DNA of 64,000 nt from a virus, in IMG/VR virus record IMGVR_UViG_3300035698_024657, positions 32,001 through 96,000 of that record; one strand, written 5' to 3'. Every line of letters starts with the position of its first letter. The stretch's first letter is position 1. The notes under the pieces were generated by a model that was given only the letters and a program-made list of their open reading frames with translations, made no database searches and was not told the origin of the DNA. Positions 1 to 10,173 of the stretch are shown here, piece after piece. Position numbers and translations under genes: made by a program.

Positions 1-2147
1 TTGGCGCCAACTGGATCTTTCTTGAAATCAGAATCAAATACTTTTCTCGGGTACTTTGGATTACATTCCCATGTGGATAATTGCATCAACAAATAGTTTT
101 CATTTGTCTCAACCATTCCACCAGTTTGCTCACTACCTCCAGCAAGGCAATAGTTCCTATAAAATTCTCCGCCCTTTTCCCTGGGTGAACTGATCATAAT
201 GACCTTACCATCAAAGATCTCTTTATCAGCCATGATAAAGTCTTTGGTGGAAGGTGACAACGCTTTGAGCATGGCGTAATCTGTTTGGGGCATTTCTGCT
301 AAAATGTCTTCTTCAGTGGCCCCACCGCCTACTGTTTTAGTACGCTCAAAGTGGGCAAACTCATCAAGGATTAAACATATAATAGCTTTACCACGTTTCG
401 ATGCGGCAGACGTAGTAAATGCAGCTACCATGATAGAACCTTCTAATAGGTTCTTCTTCGTTACGCCTTTTGCGCGGGCCTCATTATATTTACGAATCCT
501 ATCATTTTCATATAAATCAGCGGGAGTGAATAAACGAAGCTCTTCAGAGTTATCCTTACTCCAATCTACGTATTTTTCAAAGAAAGGTATACGGCGAATG
601 TTATCCTTACACAGTCTGAAAGGATCCTGCGCCTGTGAACCATCCTTCGCACAGTTATGTACAAAAATACCGTCAGCAAAAAAATTATGCGTTTCCATAA
701 CTTCAATATCATAAGTTTTTTGAATACCTAATGCAGAAATTTCTCGAATACGCGTCCACTTAAGACCATCGCAAATTAAATGATTTTTAAATTCTTTATT
801 AGTCCCATTTTTTGATATTGTAAACCGCCAAATTGGGCCTTCTCCGTAATTCGTACGCATATAAAATGTTGTTACGTTCGAAACATTCCAGCCAACGGAA
901 ATGCATAAATCTCTTAAAGACCTAATTAATTCTTCATTTGATAAAGAAATTGTAGTAATTCCATTCGTTCCTTGATGGCCATCACTATGAATTACTCCCT
1001 TTAAAAGTGCAATTTTTAACGTATCCTGTAACCCGAAAACCCATGAAGGTAATTTTTTAGTTTTGGCTCCCCTATCAAAGCCCCATTGTAAAATATTATT
1101 ACACGCAACTGTAGAATGTACACGGTAAAAATAATTATGCGTGCCAACACCTATAAAATTGGGGTCCTGAAATTTTACTGGCGAAAACCACGCGATTTTT
1201 GCCTGATCTATATATTTCTGCTTTTCAATATCCGTATCGGGAAGGGCAATAGTTAACACGCCACTTGTAGGATTTTCAGCCCTACCACAGAAACAGATAC
1301 TCCCATCGCCTAAATACAACCCTAATTGTTCCATAATTTCTAAAGTTGCTTGCGCGCCATTAGGAAGAGAGCTCCCAGATTGTTCGGGAACATCAGTTAA
1401 AATTCCAATATAATCACCTACACGTAGCGCAGATGCGTCAACCCATTCAGGTTTACGGGGATTCGCAGGATTGACTCCTTTAGAAAGTCTATAAAATCTA
1501 TGTTTCCAACTGGACTCAATTGTACGATTGCCTGTTTTAATTTCAAGGATTTCCTTTTCCCCTGATTCCCAAATATGCTTAATTGTAGAAGTTTGAAGAC
1601 CTTTCTCTCCTTTAGAAAGAATAGAGTCGCCTGATTCTAATTCACATATTCTTTTAGTGTCTCCCGCAGGTAAAGTTACTCGAGAATTTGCTGATAAACA
1701 GTTAACAATCCAAATTGGGTGTCGTCTACGAATATTGTAATACGCTTGAGGATCACCCTTGCAGATAAGCTTATATGCTTCGTATGTTTGAATAAACGAG
1801 ATCAGACTACTCTTACCAGAACGTCGTCCCAATACAAGTATAAGAATTTCTACGAACTTTAGAGGATCACGTTTTGCGAGCTCCCAATCAATCTGCCATA
1901 CATTTTTCATAATGTCGAGGACAGTTTGTTCTTCCTCTGAGAGGGGATATTTCTCCCATAGGCCATAAATTACTTTGATGAGCAAAGATTGGAAAGGAAA
2001 TAGCCGTTCACCTAAATACTTAGAGGAGGTACAAAAGATATACGCGTCGACTTCATTGATCGCCGCAGTTGCGGCCACGCGCGATTTATATTGAGTATCA
2101 ACGGTCGATTTAAAAGTAAATGGTTTTTGGGATTGAGATTTCGGCAT
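1..2147 (-). CDS. terL: Terminase large subunit containing an intein (3' end runs off the window)
   Basis: Hand translation from ATG at 2147: MPKSQSQK...LVLGRRSGKS (Walker A)...IWIVN|intein|CAKDG...RGKAIICLILDEFAHF (Walker B)...VIMISSP (coupling motif). No stop before position 1, so it is absent from the ORF track. Confidence 0.88.
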   Translation of the reverse strand, partial: MPKSQSQKPFTFKSTVDTQYKSRVAATAAINEVDAYIFCTSSKYLGERLFPFQSLLIKVIYGLWEKYPLSEEEQTVLDIMKNVWQIDWELAKRDPLKFVEILILVLGRRSGKSSLISFIQTYEAYKLICKGDPQAYYNIRRRHPIWIVNCLSANSRVTLPAGDTKRICELESGDSILSKGEKGLQTSTIKHIWESGEKEILEIKTGNRTIESSWKHRFYRLSKGVNPANPRKPEWVDASALRVGDYIGILTDVPEQSGSSLPNGAQATLEIMEQLGLYLGDGSICFCGRAENPTSGVLTIALPDTDIEKQKYIDQAKIAWFSPVKFQDPNFIGVGTHNYFYRVHSTVACNNILQWGFDRGAKTKKLPSWVFGLQDTLKIALLKGVIHSDGHQGTNGITTISLSNEELIRSLRDLCISVGWNVSNVTTFYMRTNYGEGPIWRFTISKNGTNKEFKNHLICDGLKWTRIREISALGIQKTYDIEVMETHNFFADGIFVHNCAKDGSQAQDPFRLCKDNIRRIPFFEKYVDWSKDNSEELRLFTPADLYENDRIRKYNEARAKGVTKKNLLEGSIMVAAFTTSAASKRGKAIICLILDEFAHFERTKTVGGGATEEDILAEMPQTDYAMLKALSPSTKDFIMADKEIFDGKVIMISSPREKGGEFYRNYCLAGGSEQTGGMVETNENYLLMQLSTWECNPKYPRKVFDSDFKKDPVGA
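654..1700 (-). mobile_element. Intein with LAGLIDADG homing endonuclease in terminase large subunit (349 aa)
   Basis: Starts CLSANSRV, ends HNFFADGIFVHN followed by Cys+1. LAGLIDADG-like blocks LGLYLGDGS and LKGVIHSDG. Confidence 0.9.
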
Positions 2148-2218
2148 TACTTATCCTTTATCCAAAAATCATCTATTTCCGGGCATTTATTAAATTTGGC
2201 GCTATTTTCCCCGGGCAT
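2147..2218 (-). CDS. Possible 23-aa peptide (MPGENSAKFNKCPEIDDFWIKDK) translationally coupled between the 341-aa gene and terL
   Basis: TAATG stop/start overlaps at both ends; fills the gap exactly. Confidence 0.35.
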   Translation of the reverse strand: MPGENSAKFNKCPEIDDFWIKDK

Positions 2219-3228
2219 TATATTTCACCCTCGAAGAAAATCGCGTTCTTGATAGCATTATATAAAGACTGACGTAATTCAGCACTTTCCTGTAATACAG
2301 GATTGTTTGATTGGTTTATATACATAGAAAAACCTTCATCCAAGAATTGATTGACTAACGTCGATGCCTCACTAAAACGAATTTTATCTGCATCTTCTTG
2401 TATGACATTCGCACCATCCGGACCAGTAACTCCCTGTTCAGATAATCCGCTCCATATATAGTTAATGACGAATGACTCCGCCTCTTTATACATTAGAGAT
2501 TGATCTGCTTCGGATCCTTTATAGGTTTCATCAGGAAATTCTATGCCCCCAATTTCATAGGAGGTCTTTTTCATATTTAAAGACGTAGATTTAAAAGTTA
2601 AACTGTGTGGGCCTTCAGTGAGCTCATCTGGATAAATTTCATCGACTGCTCGATGGGTTTCATCTACGCCTAACATCCACGGTTCATAATTGGAATGATT
2701 CTGAACGAAACTATTTACCGCCCAATCTACTGCCTGATGCATTAATTGTGCAGTAGCACCCGTTTGTACAAGTTCTATTTGATTAGTATCTACTGCCCAT
2801 GAAAGGACTTTAAACATTAATCCATCAAAAACATCTTCATCGCCATGTTCATTATATTGCTCTTGTCCTAGAGCTAAATTTGCTTCAAGTGTAGAATATA
2901 GAAATCTACCAAAGTCTTCTACACTTGAAGCGGTTTTCTTCATATTCAACTTACTTGCCATTGACGGAAAAGTTAAATCTATTTCTTCTACGGGCGCCTC
3001 GCCTTCGGTCGTAGTAAGTAAGCCATTCATATGCGCCTCATGGATCAATTCAAGCGCTTGCTCAGGCCCACCATCCATATTCTCTACTAATGACGCCAAG
3101 TCATAAGAAGGCTGTCCTTCAAACATACGAAGTAAAGTATCCATCGATGTATGTAAAGAATCAGTCATTCGCTGTTGTCCTCTCGGCGTCAAAAACGTTG
3201 TCGCTTTTTTACGAAGGTTTAACGACAT
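2218..3228 (-). CDS. Hypothetical acidic modular protein, probable internal head protein with three LN(M/L)(K/R)K(K/T)(A/S) motifs
   Basis: ORF track 2218..3243; a better start is ATG 3228 (GAGGA 8 nt upstream). Motifs SLNLRKKA, KLNMKKTA and SLNMKKTS separate acidic segments. Next to terL. Confidence 0.6.
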   Translation of the reverse strand: MSLNLRKKATTFLTPRGQQRMTDSLHTSMDTLLRMFEGQPSYDLASLVENMDGGPEQALELIHEAHMNGLLTTTEGEAPVEEIDLTFPSMASKLNMKKTASSVEDFGRFLYSTLEANLALGQEQYNEHGDEDVFDGLMFKVLSWAVDTNQIELVQTGATAQLMHQAVDWAVNSFVQNHSNYEPWMLGVDETHRAVDEIYPDELTEGPHSLTFKSTSLNMKKTSYEIGGIEFPDETYKGSEADQSLMYKEAESFVINYIWSGLSEQGVTGPDGANVIQEDADKIRFSEASTLVNQFLDEGFSMYINQSNNPVLQESAELRQSLYNAIKNAIFFEGEI

Positions 3229-4009
3229 TTGAAATATCCTCATACTGCGCGTCTACAGCTTTATTGGGATCAAGTATCGGAGCAATTTCACCATCAAGTA
3301 AATCGCCTAACTGTTCTTTTACCCTTTCTCGAGTAATTGAATCGGGTATCTCTTTAACCAGTACATCCATAAATTTTGCGGTAAACGCGAGGAATGAGCG
3401 CTGAACCGTCGCGATATATTGGATACTCACCTGTTTTACATATAAGTCTGCATCAACTTGGATATGCTTCAATAAGTCCTGTTGAAAGCCCCTATATGCG
3501 ATTTCTAAATCACTTATGAGCTTTCTACGGATGGCTAAATCAGCATCATCTAAAATGCCACCATTTATCTTCTCTTCTTTATTAAAGCGTTCGATTTCCG
3601 ACTGTAGGTAAAAAAGATTTTGAAGTCGCTGCTTATACAACTTATCAGCAGCAGTCATCTTATCAAAGTCTTTATCATATTCTTGGCGATACAACGCTTT
3701 GGTCACGTCACTATATTCTTCATCTGATACTAACGCTAATGCGGTTTCCCTACCTGCCTTAACTGCTGCAATAGGAGAAACGTGTTGCTTATGTGAATGA
3801 ATGTTCGTAGGAGTCAACGGTGACTCAAAGAGATGTCCCCAATTCGCAATAATTTGCGAACTGGGCGTAGATGTAAGTATCGCCTGCGTTATTTCGTCAC
3901 GTGCTGTAGATTTACAAATCTTACACGTAGCGGACACAACCATTGTACCGCCCTCAATAAGGGAAGCATTAGTTGGGCGACCTACTTTTCTACCGGTATC
4001 AGATGACAT
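3209..4009 (-). CDS. Zinc-binding DNA-binding protein, possible terminase small subunit
   Basis: N-terminal CxxC...HxxxH with an HTH-like segment, then a helical region; lies shortly upstream of terL; AAGGAG RBS. Confidence 0.4.
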   Translation of the reverse strand: MSSDTGRKVGRPTNASLIEGGTMVVSATCKICKSTARDEITQAILTSTPSSQIIANWGHLFESPLTPTNIHSHKQHVSPIAAVKAGRETALALVSDEEYSDVTKALYRQEYDKDFDKMTAADKLYKQRLQNLFYLQSEIERFNKEEKINGGILDDADLAIRRKLISDLEIAYRGFQQDLLKHIQVDADLYVKQVSIQYIATVQRSFLAFTAKFMDVLVKEIPDSITRERVKEQLGDLLDGEIAPILDPNKAVDAQYEDISNVVKPS

Positions 4010-4032
4010 TCATTTTCTCCTTATCTTCTCAT

Positions 4033-7000
4033 CTATGCCGCTAACGCAACATTCAATTCTTGTACATCACCAAGTAAGCCTGCTACCGTATTGTACGTAT
4101 TTTGGTATAACGTAGCTAAATATGTATCCGTTTCTGTTGCCGCATTTTTGTTCGGCCACTGCTTATATTGACCAACAGTCAATTCTGTCATTTTATCAAG
4201 ATTTGCTTGCGCCTCTGCAAGAGCTTGCTCAGCCTTTACGCCAAATTTCTCAAGAAGGACCTTAACTTGAGTAGAAGGAGTTAACCTTTTATTCACTACA
4301 GCTTCGGCATAATACCCAATCTGATCTCCAGTTTGAATAAGTTCCTGATCCAATGCGCTCATCAACTCTACAAGCGCTTTCGTCGCACGTAATTGATTAT
4401 TACTTTCATCACCAATTTGTGCCTGAATAGGAGCAATTTGCTGCTGAAGTTCAATTTGCAGTCGATTAACTTCCAACTTTAATTGATCTACTCTGGTCTT
4501 ACTTGTAGCAAGACTTTGCATCAATTCCGCTTGTTCGGGTGACGCCTCAGGAGGTGCTGAATCATCTACACCAGGCGATTTCTGTTTCAACATTTTCGGA
4601 GGATCAATACGCATAGCAGGTTCAATAGATTCACCCGCTGCAGGAGGGACCTCTTCCGGCTCACCCCCATCAGATTTACCAAATGGCCACACTGCAGTTT
4701 TCGTCAGTTTTTCACCAGAGGCTTGTCGATCTTTTGCTGCGCGATATTCCGCCAGTTCTTGGCGTTTCACTTGATAACATTGACCGCACATACCATGAGA
4801 TTGAACCGTCGCATATTCTTCATCCGAAATCTTTCGAATAGGCAATCCTGTAGCATCATCGTAGGTACTCCTACAATATGAACATACATGATCCAGGCCT
4901 TCAGGATTGCCTTCAAAATCCATCCCCATAGCTTTACGATCTTGTCGTGCAGTAACCTTTAACGCTGCGAATAACGAATCGGTATCAGTTACTTCACCTT
5001 GTTCCGCTTTCGCCTCTTCTTCCATCTTATCCAAACGTGTATAATAATCAGGAATTTCCTTCAGATGGTCTTTAGCAATCTCTTCAGCTAATGCCATGTC
5101 AACAGTATGTTCCTTTTCAATTTCAACACCCATGGCAAGTTCTTCAGGATCGAAATCTGAAGATGGGTCACCATCAGCTAATCCGCCCGGCAATTTATCA
5201 TCGGTAGCTTCCTCTTTTTTTGCAAAGGGAAGTGAACCTTCCCCTCTAGCTTTTCCCTCGGCGCCCCTTTCACCTTCTATAGGCGGGGTAATCACTTCTT
5301 TTTGAACGGGCATTTGTTTGAACAGATCCCCCAGTTTCTCTTCAGCACGTTTCCTCAATACTTCTGGATCAATAGCAGCGTGTGCAGTAGGGAAGATCGC
5401 ATCGCGGTCAACTTTGAACGTATCAACTAACGATTGCAATTCTTCAAGAGCATATCCACCATCTTTCAATTTCTGGAGATCTACCTTTGTTGGTGGAATA
5501 TTTCCAGCTCTTATATAATCCTGTACTATGCCCTTTAAACGACTATAATTGATAGGATTCTGTCCGACAGTATCGCCACCAAGATCAACTCCAGTTGCTT
5601 CCGCTTCCTTTTGAATAGTTGCTTCAGTGGTTTTACCTTTAAACATGGTTGAGTATTCACGCTCATTCATAGGAAGGATACCACCATCGGTATCTTCATA
5701 CTTCCCACCGAACTCTGTTTCAAACTCGTCAGTAGTTGCAATTGAATAATCGGGATCCGGATCAGTAATTGGTGTTAAGGTATCTTTATCGCGCAGTGCA
5801 AGCTTAATTTTGCTTGATGCAAGCGCATTAGCAGCAGTCTTATGCGCATTTTGCGAAGCTACCATAAGCCCTTCGCCTTTATCCAGAGAAGTGTTATACG
5901 AATCTATATAGGTGTCAACCCACTGATCCATTTGAGAAGATGTCATACCGTCAAAAGCAAACTCTGCTTTAACTATTTCCGCAGTAGTATGGAGGTGCCT
6001 GACGTTATCCATTTCCGCTTGCTTAATTAACTCAGCTGCCTTATTTGCAAGAATATCAGGAGCAGGAGCAGGAGCAATGTCACCTACAAGTGCTTGCCCC
6101 ATTTGATCAAACTCTGCTTGGGTAATTAAAGCCTGTCCTTGGGTCGCATCACGTACCGTCGCATATGCTTCTGGGAAAGCTAACCCGTCCTCAACTGCAC
6201 GATAAAGCGCTTCAACTCCTACCTGGTTCCATGAATTGTCAATAGGCGCGCTTTCCTGCATCCCGTCAAACTGGGGAAATTCTGCTTTCTTTTTCATATT
6301 CAATTTACGAGCAAAACCTTGCCCGTTACTTTGAGAATACTGCAACCATTTTTGATGTAATCTCGGAGCAATTTCCCCTGATAGATTAGTTATCTCAGGA
6401 GTTATTTTAGCAAGATTATCTCCCTGGTCAATATTCATTACAGTATTCGGTGGAAATAATTCTCTAGGCAATTCATATACAAATTCTTGAATTATTGCCA
6501 TTGGATCCTCAGTACCACTTTGCAACCATTGCAAAGTGGTAGAATCAGATATTAACATACTCCAGTATTCTTCAGTTATTTGATCTAAAATATCTGCTTT
6601 CTTTTTCATATTCAATTTACGAGAAAGTCCCAGGCCATTCATAAATGCTCCACCACCCATATTTTGGCTGGCTGGTGCAGGAGGTGCGCCAATTGGAGTA
6701 GCCCCTGCAGGAGTTCCCTGATACTTCGTAAGTACGTCTTTCATCGCCTGCACATCTTCAGGAGCGGTCACTCCCATACCTTGGATTGTCGCATCCATTG
6801 CAGCGGGATCTAGATTTTCTGCAGTTTTGGTAATCCCACTTTTACTCGCAGAAATTTCTCTGAAACGTGTAATATCCGGATCTCTATAAGTCAATGATGG
6901 TATAACTGCATCAGACATCACCGCATCGTACAATTTACCTGATGTAAGATCCGTAATTGCCTCTTTTGTTAAAGGATATTCTGTACCTGAAAGCGTCTTA

Positions 7001-7605
7001 AAGGTACGCGGATAAATGAGCTTACCTCGCGGATCAAGCCCAGCTTGAATAACTATACGATTTCGGGTATTATTGAAATCCATGAACTCTACGGTAAATT
7101 CAGCACCTTTCGCAGTTTTTGGTTGTCCCGGAAACTTTTGCGAACGTATACCGCGTTGAAACTTCAATTGAGGATTATCAATACCGAATTGTTGAATATA
7201 TTCTCCAGTACTTTGAACAAGCCTACCGTAAATAGCTTTATCTACCCACGTGTTAATTCCTCTACTGGGTGCACGATTATTATCTTGATATCTATCAGCC
7301 CGATTGACAATACTTGTATTATCTCGAACAACGGCAGTCGTACCCTCACGAAGGATCCCTGCGCATTTCGGGCATTCTATATAAGTACTACCTTTCCTTA
7401 CCGCCTGTTTAACTTGTTTCTCAACGTCGCTTGAAGTAAATTGTAACCTGCATTGAGGACAAGTATAGGAAGTAACCACTTTCCGTGAATGTGTAGGCAA
7501 ATTAACATGAAAAGCTTTTTGCTGTTCTGCCTCCTTACCCACAACTTGTTTAAGCTTAGTAACATCCAACCATTTTGGACGCCTTGGTTGATTTGGATTA
7601 TTCAT
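4033..7605 (-). CDS. Large modular protein (1190 aa): Zn ribbon, DUF5661-like domain, C-terminal coiled coil; probable processed head protein
   Basis: CPQC...CPKC; DKLPGGLAD...ELAMGVEIEKEHT...EIAKDHLKEIPDYYTRL resembles phage DUF5661; RKLNMKKKA twice and many K-x-A motifs. Confidence 0.6.
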   Translation of the reverse strand: MNNPNQPRRPKWLDVTKLKQVVGKEAEQQKAFHVNLPTHSRKVVTSYTCPQCRLQFTSSDVEKQVKQAVRKGSTYIECPKCAGILREGTTAVVRDNTSIVNRADRYQDNNRAPSRGINTWVDKAIYGRLVQSTGEYIQQFGIDNPQLKFQRGIRSQKFPGQPKTAKGAEFTVEFMDFNNTRNRIVIQAGLDPRGKLIYPRTFKTLSGTEYPLTKEAITDLTSGKLYDAVMSDAVIPSLTYRDPDITRFREISASKSGITKTAENLDPAAMDATIQGMGVTAPEDVQAMKDVLTKYQGTPAGATPIGAPPAPASQNMGGGAFMNGLGLSRKLNMKKKADILDQITEEYWSMLISDSTTLQWLQSGTEDPMAIIQEFVYELPRELFPPNTVMNIDQGDNLAKITPEITNLSGEIAPRLHQKWLQYSQSNGQGFARKLNMKKKAEFPQFDGMQESAPIDNSWNQVGVEALYRAVEDGLAFPEAYATVRDATQGQALITQAEFDQMGQALVGDIAPAPAPDILANKAAELIKQAEMDNVRHLHTTAEIVKAEFAFDGMTSSQMDQWVDTYIDSYNTSLDKGEGLMVASQNAHKTAANALASSKIKLALRDKDTLTPITDPDPDYSIATTDEFETEFGGKYEDTDGGILPMNEREYSTMFKGKTTEATIQKEAEATGVDLGGDTVGQNPINYSRLKGIVQDYIRAGNIPPTKVDLQKLKDGGYALEELQSLVDTFKVDRDAIFPTAHAAIDPEVLRKRAEEKLGDLFKQMPVQKEVITPPIEGERGAEGKARGEGSLPFAKKEEATDDKLPGGLADGDPSSDFDPEELAMGVEIEKEHTVDMALAEEIAKDHLKEIPDYYTRLDKMEEEAKAEQGEVTDTDSLFAALKVTARQDRKAMGMDFEGNPEGLDHVCSYCRSTYDDATGLPIRKISDEEYATVQSHGMCGQCYQVKRQELAEYRAAKDRQASGEKLTKTAVWPFGKSDGGEPEEVPPAAGESIEPAMRIDPPKMLKQKSPGVDDSAPPEASPEQAELMQSLATSKTRVDQLKLEVNRLQIELQQQIAPIQAQIGDESNNQLRATKALVELMSALDQELIQTGDQIGYYAEAVVNKRLTPSTQVKVLLEKFGVKAEQALAEAQANLDKMTELTVGQYKQWPNKNAATETDTYLATLYQNTYNTVAGLLGDVQELNVALAA
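6281..6623. repeat. Exact 31-nt direct repeat (6281-6311 and 6593-6623) spanning the RKLNMKKKA codons
   Basis: tctgctttctttttcatattcaatttacgag occurs twice, 312 nt (104 codons) apart. Confidence 0.93.
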
Positions 7606-7639
7606 TATACCCTCATTTATCCTTAGTACTTATTAACAT

Positions 7640-9961
7640 TTAAAAGTTTACGGGAACGTTCATGCCACTAAGATCTTCTGCGCCACCATCAGGCTGTCCA
7701 CCGACTTGACCTGGTTGGGGTCCTTGGCCTGGACCCATTTGACCAGGTTCTGGTCCTACAGGCGGCTGCTCGGCGCCCTCTAATGCAATTGGTGGAGCTT
7801 CTTCTTGATCATAGTCAATAGTGATCTTTTTGTTTTCTGGATCAAGTTCAATATTGACCTTTGGTGCAGCTTGTTCAAACGGTACCGCTTGGTCAGCTAA
7901 ATTCTCTTGGAGGGCAGTCTGTAATTGATTTGGATCAGGTTCACCTGGTCCAGGATTCTTAACTTCCCAACCCATAGGATCTACATCCATTCCGCCAGGA
8001 TATCCTCCACCACCACCACGTAACGTTTCCATACCAGGAAGGTCTAACGCAAATCGCTGACCAGAGGCAGTTTTAAAAATCGTGAATGCAAAAGCATCGC
8101 CAGCAGTTGAAAGTAACTGATCAGGATACTTATAACCAAGATTATTTAATCCATTACGTAACAGATCCCAATTGATTGTAGGGAAAGTTGTTGCGTGTTG
8201 GGTAATAAGGTGGGCTGCGGGCGCAGGAACACTATATTGATGATTCATTACATTTACTGCATCACTTACAAACTTTTGACGATCACGTAAAGTACCAAAC
8301 GTAGTAGGCTTCACGACAGCAACATTTATGTGCGAATCGATAGCTTCGCCAAGTTTTGCGGTCGCCATAGAATGCGCATCTGCTTTAGCTTGTGCAAGAT
8401 TACCTTGCATATCCCAGATATCAGTCTCGGGTGCTTTAGGAGGTGCAAATTCTTCTGTAGTAGGCGCTTCTGCCTTCTCATCAGCAGCAGTCGTATACAA
8501 CCACTCACTCAATAAGTTTTTATCTTCTGAAGACAATACCTGTTGAAGCTCAACAGGTAAGTATCGAGACATATACGTAACGATCGCCTGCTTAACTAAA
8601 GTATTTTCAAACTCAGCCGTGACGGTAGTGCCGGGTGCCTCTACTTCATGATTACGCAATGCCTGAGATACCATTCCATCTACAAACTCAAGTGCCGCGG
8701 TTTTAATGTTATCAAACCTATGGTCAAGTACAGCAGTCTTCTTAGTGCCTTCATCATCTGATGATCGCACAGGAGACGCATCCATAGGTAAAGCAGAAAC
8801 GGGCGCGTCAAAACCAGTATTAGGATTAATTTTCATGATATCGGTATCATAAATAAGATCAGGTTCTTGTGAACCAAAATCAATCATGTAAAACTTGCCT
8901 AGTTTTTTATCAAAACTAACATTAACAATTGTACCATGTTCGCCCGTACTCTTTTTCTGAACTTGATCACCAATATTTAACTGCCGCCCACGCTTTACAA
9001 ATCCTTCAAAATGTGCAAACTGACTTGCAGGCATTGAAGTGCCCGCAGACATTTCGGATGAAGAAGGATTGGCTTTAATTGATGGAGGAAAAGACTCGGG
9101 CATTCCACCCATACCTGAAGGAGATTCCATTCCCGGCGTAGGTGCCCCCGCATCTGAGCCATCGGGCATTATGGGCGGTTGTGGATATGCACCCTTCATA
9201 TAATCCCGGAACATCTTAGTATCATTAGGATCACTTGGATCAGTAGTAATATTTTGGATCGTAATACCGGTTTTGGTTATTTTACATAAATCTTGAATCC
9301 GTGCAGATAATTCTTGACCACCTTGAGATTCAAAATGTATATATGTACCATCATGGCTAAATCGGGTAATTTTTCCGCCGATGTTTTTATGTGAAAACAT
9401 CCGTACATCATCACCTACGGCAATTTCTCTATGATCTTTAACTGTAGTGAGATCAGTATTTTCAACCCAAAAAGATGTCCCATCATCAAAAGTCAATTGT
9501 GACTTTACAGGATCAGCAGCAGTTACTTCACCGCGCTTACCTTTATATTTATTATGGACGGACTCTCTGTGCCTCGGAGTAACTTCAACCAAATCACCGG
9601 GGTGCATAATGATTGCGTCTTTTGCAATTGATGCAACTTTAGTTATGCCTTTCGCAGCAGCCTTCAAGCCACGTAAAATGGTATCGTTTTGATCAGTATA
9701 ACAAACTAACCAATCCTCCCCATTAATTGCCTCAACGGACCAAATATTGCCCGCATCTACGTCATTTTTATGTTGAAAAACATCGAAACCGATTTTACGA
9801 AAACCTTGTGCTTTAGCATCTGCAAGTAGTACATGACCGGCTTTACGTAAAGCGTTTTTACGTTGATCTACGTTGCCCTGGTTAATCTTACTTAGGATCT
9901 GGCGACGTTGTTGAACTATCTCTTGCCGCGTGTTCGGCAGTTTCATGAGCAGTCCCTCCAT
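7640..9961 (-). CDS. Hypothetical 773-aa protein with three KOW/SH3-like repeats and Pro/Gly-rich linkers; probable head/virion protein
   Basis: PGDLVEV..GKRGEV, VGDDVR..GGKIT and IGDQVQ..GEHGTIV repeats; multiple K-x-A/G motifs (ITKVA, TKKTA, IKTA, FKTA). Confidence 0.5.
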   Translation of the reverse strand: MEGLLMKLPNTRQEIVQQRRQILSKINQGNVDQRKNALRKAGHVLLADAKAQGFRKIGFDVFQHKNDVDAGNIWSVEAINGEDWLVCYTDQNDTILRGLKAAAKGITKVASIAKDAIIMHPGDLVEVTPRHRESVHNKYKGKRGEVTAADPVKSQLTFDDGTSFWVENTDLTTVKDHREIAVGDDVRMFSHKNIGGKITRFSHDGTYIHFESQGGQELSARIQDLCKITKTGITIQNITTDPSDPNDTKMFRDYMKGAYPQPPIMPDGSDAGAPTPGMESPSGMGGMPESFPPSIKANPSSSEMSAGTSMPASQFAHFEGFVKRGRQLNIGDQVQKKSTGEHGTIVNVSFDKKLGKFYMIDFGSQEPDLIYDTDIMKINPNTGFDAPVSALPMDASPVRSSDDEGTKKTAVLDHRFDNIKTAALEFVDGMVSQALRNHEVEAPGTTVTAEFENTLVKQAIVTYMSRYLPVELQQVLSSEDKNLLSEWLYTTAADEKAEAPTTEEFAPPKAPETDIWDMQGNLAQAKADAHSMATAKLGEAIDSHINVAVVKPTTFGTLRDRQKFVSDAVNVMNHQYSVPAPAAHLITQHATTFPTINWDLLRNGLNNLGYKYPDQLLSTAGDAFAFTIFKTASGQRFALDLPGMETLRGGGGGYPGGMDVDPMGWEVKNPGPGEPDPNQLQTALQENLADQAVPFEQAAPKVNIELDPENKKITIDYDQEEAPPIALEGAEQPPVGPEPGQMGPGQGPQPGQVGGQPDGGAEDLSGMNVPVNF

Positions 9962-10115
9962 TTATATTATCAGTATCATTTTGAACACTATGAACAGTAT
10001 TACCGCATTCACCGCAAACAGTTTCATCCCCTGTTGCAGAAAGGGTTACGCGTGTGCCACATTGACATAACCGAGTTACTGAGGTTACTGTTGAGGCTAC
10101 TTTCTTTGTAAGCAT
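9888..10115 (-). CDS. Small zinc-ribbon protein
   Basis: CQCG...CGECG; RBS GGATGGAG; starts MLTKKVAS. Confidence 0.55.
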   Translation of the reverse strand: MLTKKVASTVTSVTRLCQCGTRVTLSATGDETVCGECGNTVHSVQNDTDNINGGTAHETAEHAARDSSTTSPDPK

Positions 10116-10147
10116 AATACTCCATCCTTTAATTACTCTATGTTAAT

Positions 10148-10162
10148 ATTATAGTTAACTAT
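10148..10162 (-). promoter_or_regulatory. Candidate promoter -10 (TATAAT) overlapped by a perfect 12-bp palindrome ATAGTTAACTAT
   Basis: Minus-strand TATAAT at 10148-10153 and palindrome at 10151-10162, just downstream of a terminator and upstream of the head operon; no good -35. Confidence 0.4.
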
Positions 10163-10173
10163 TTTGGAAAACT

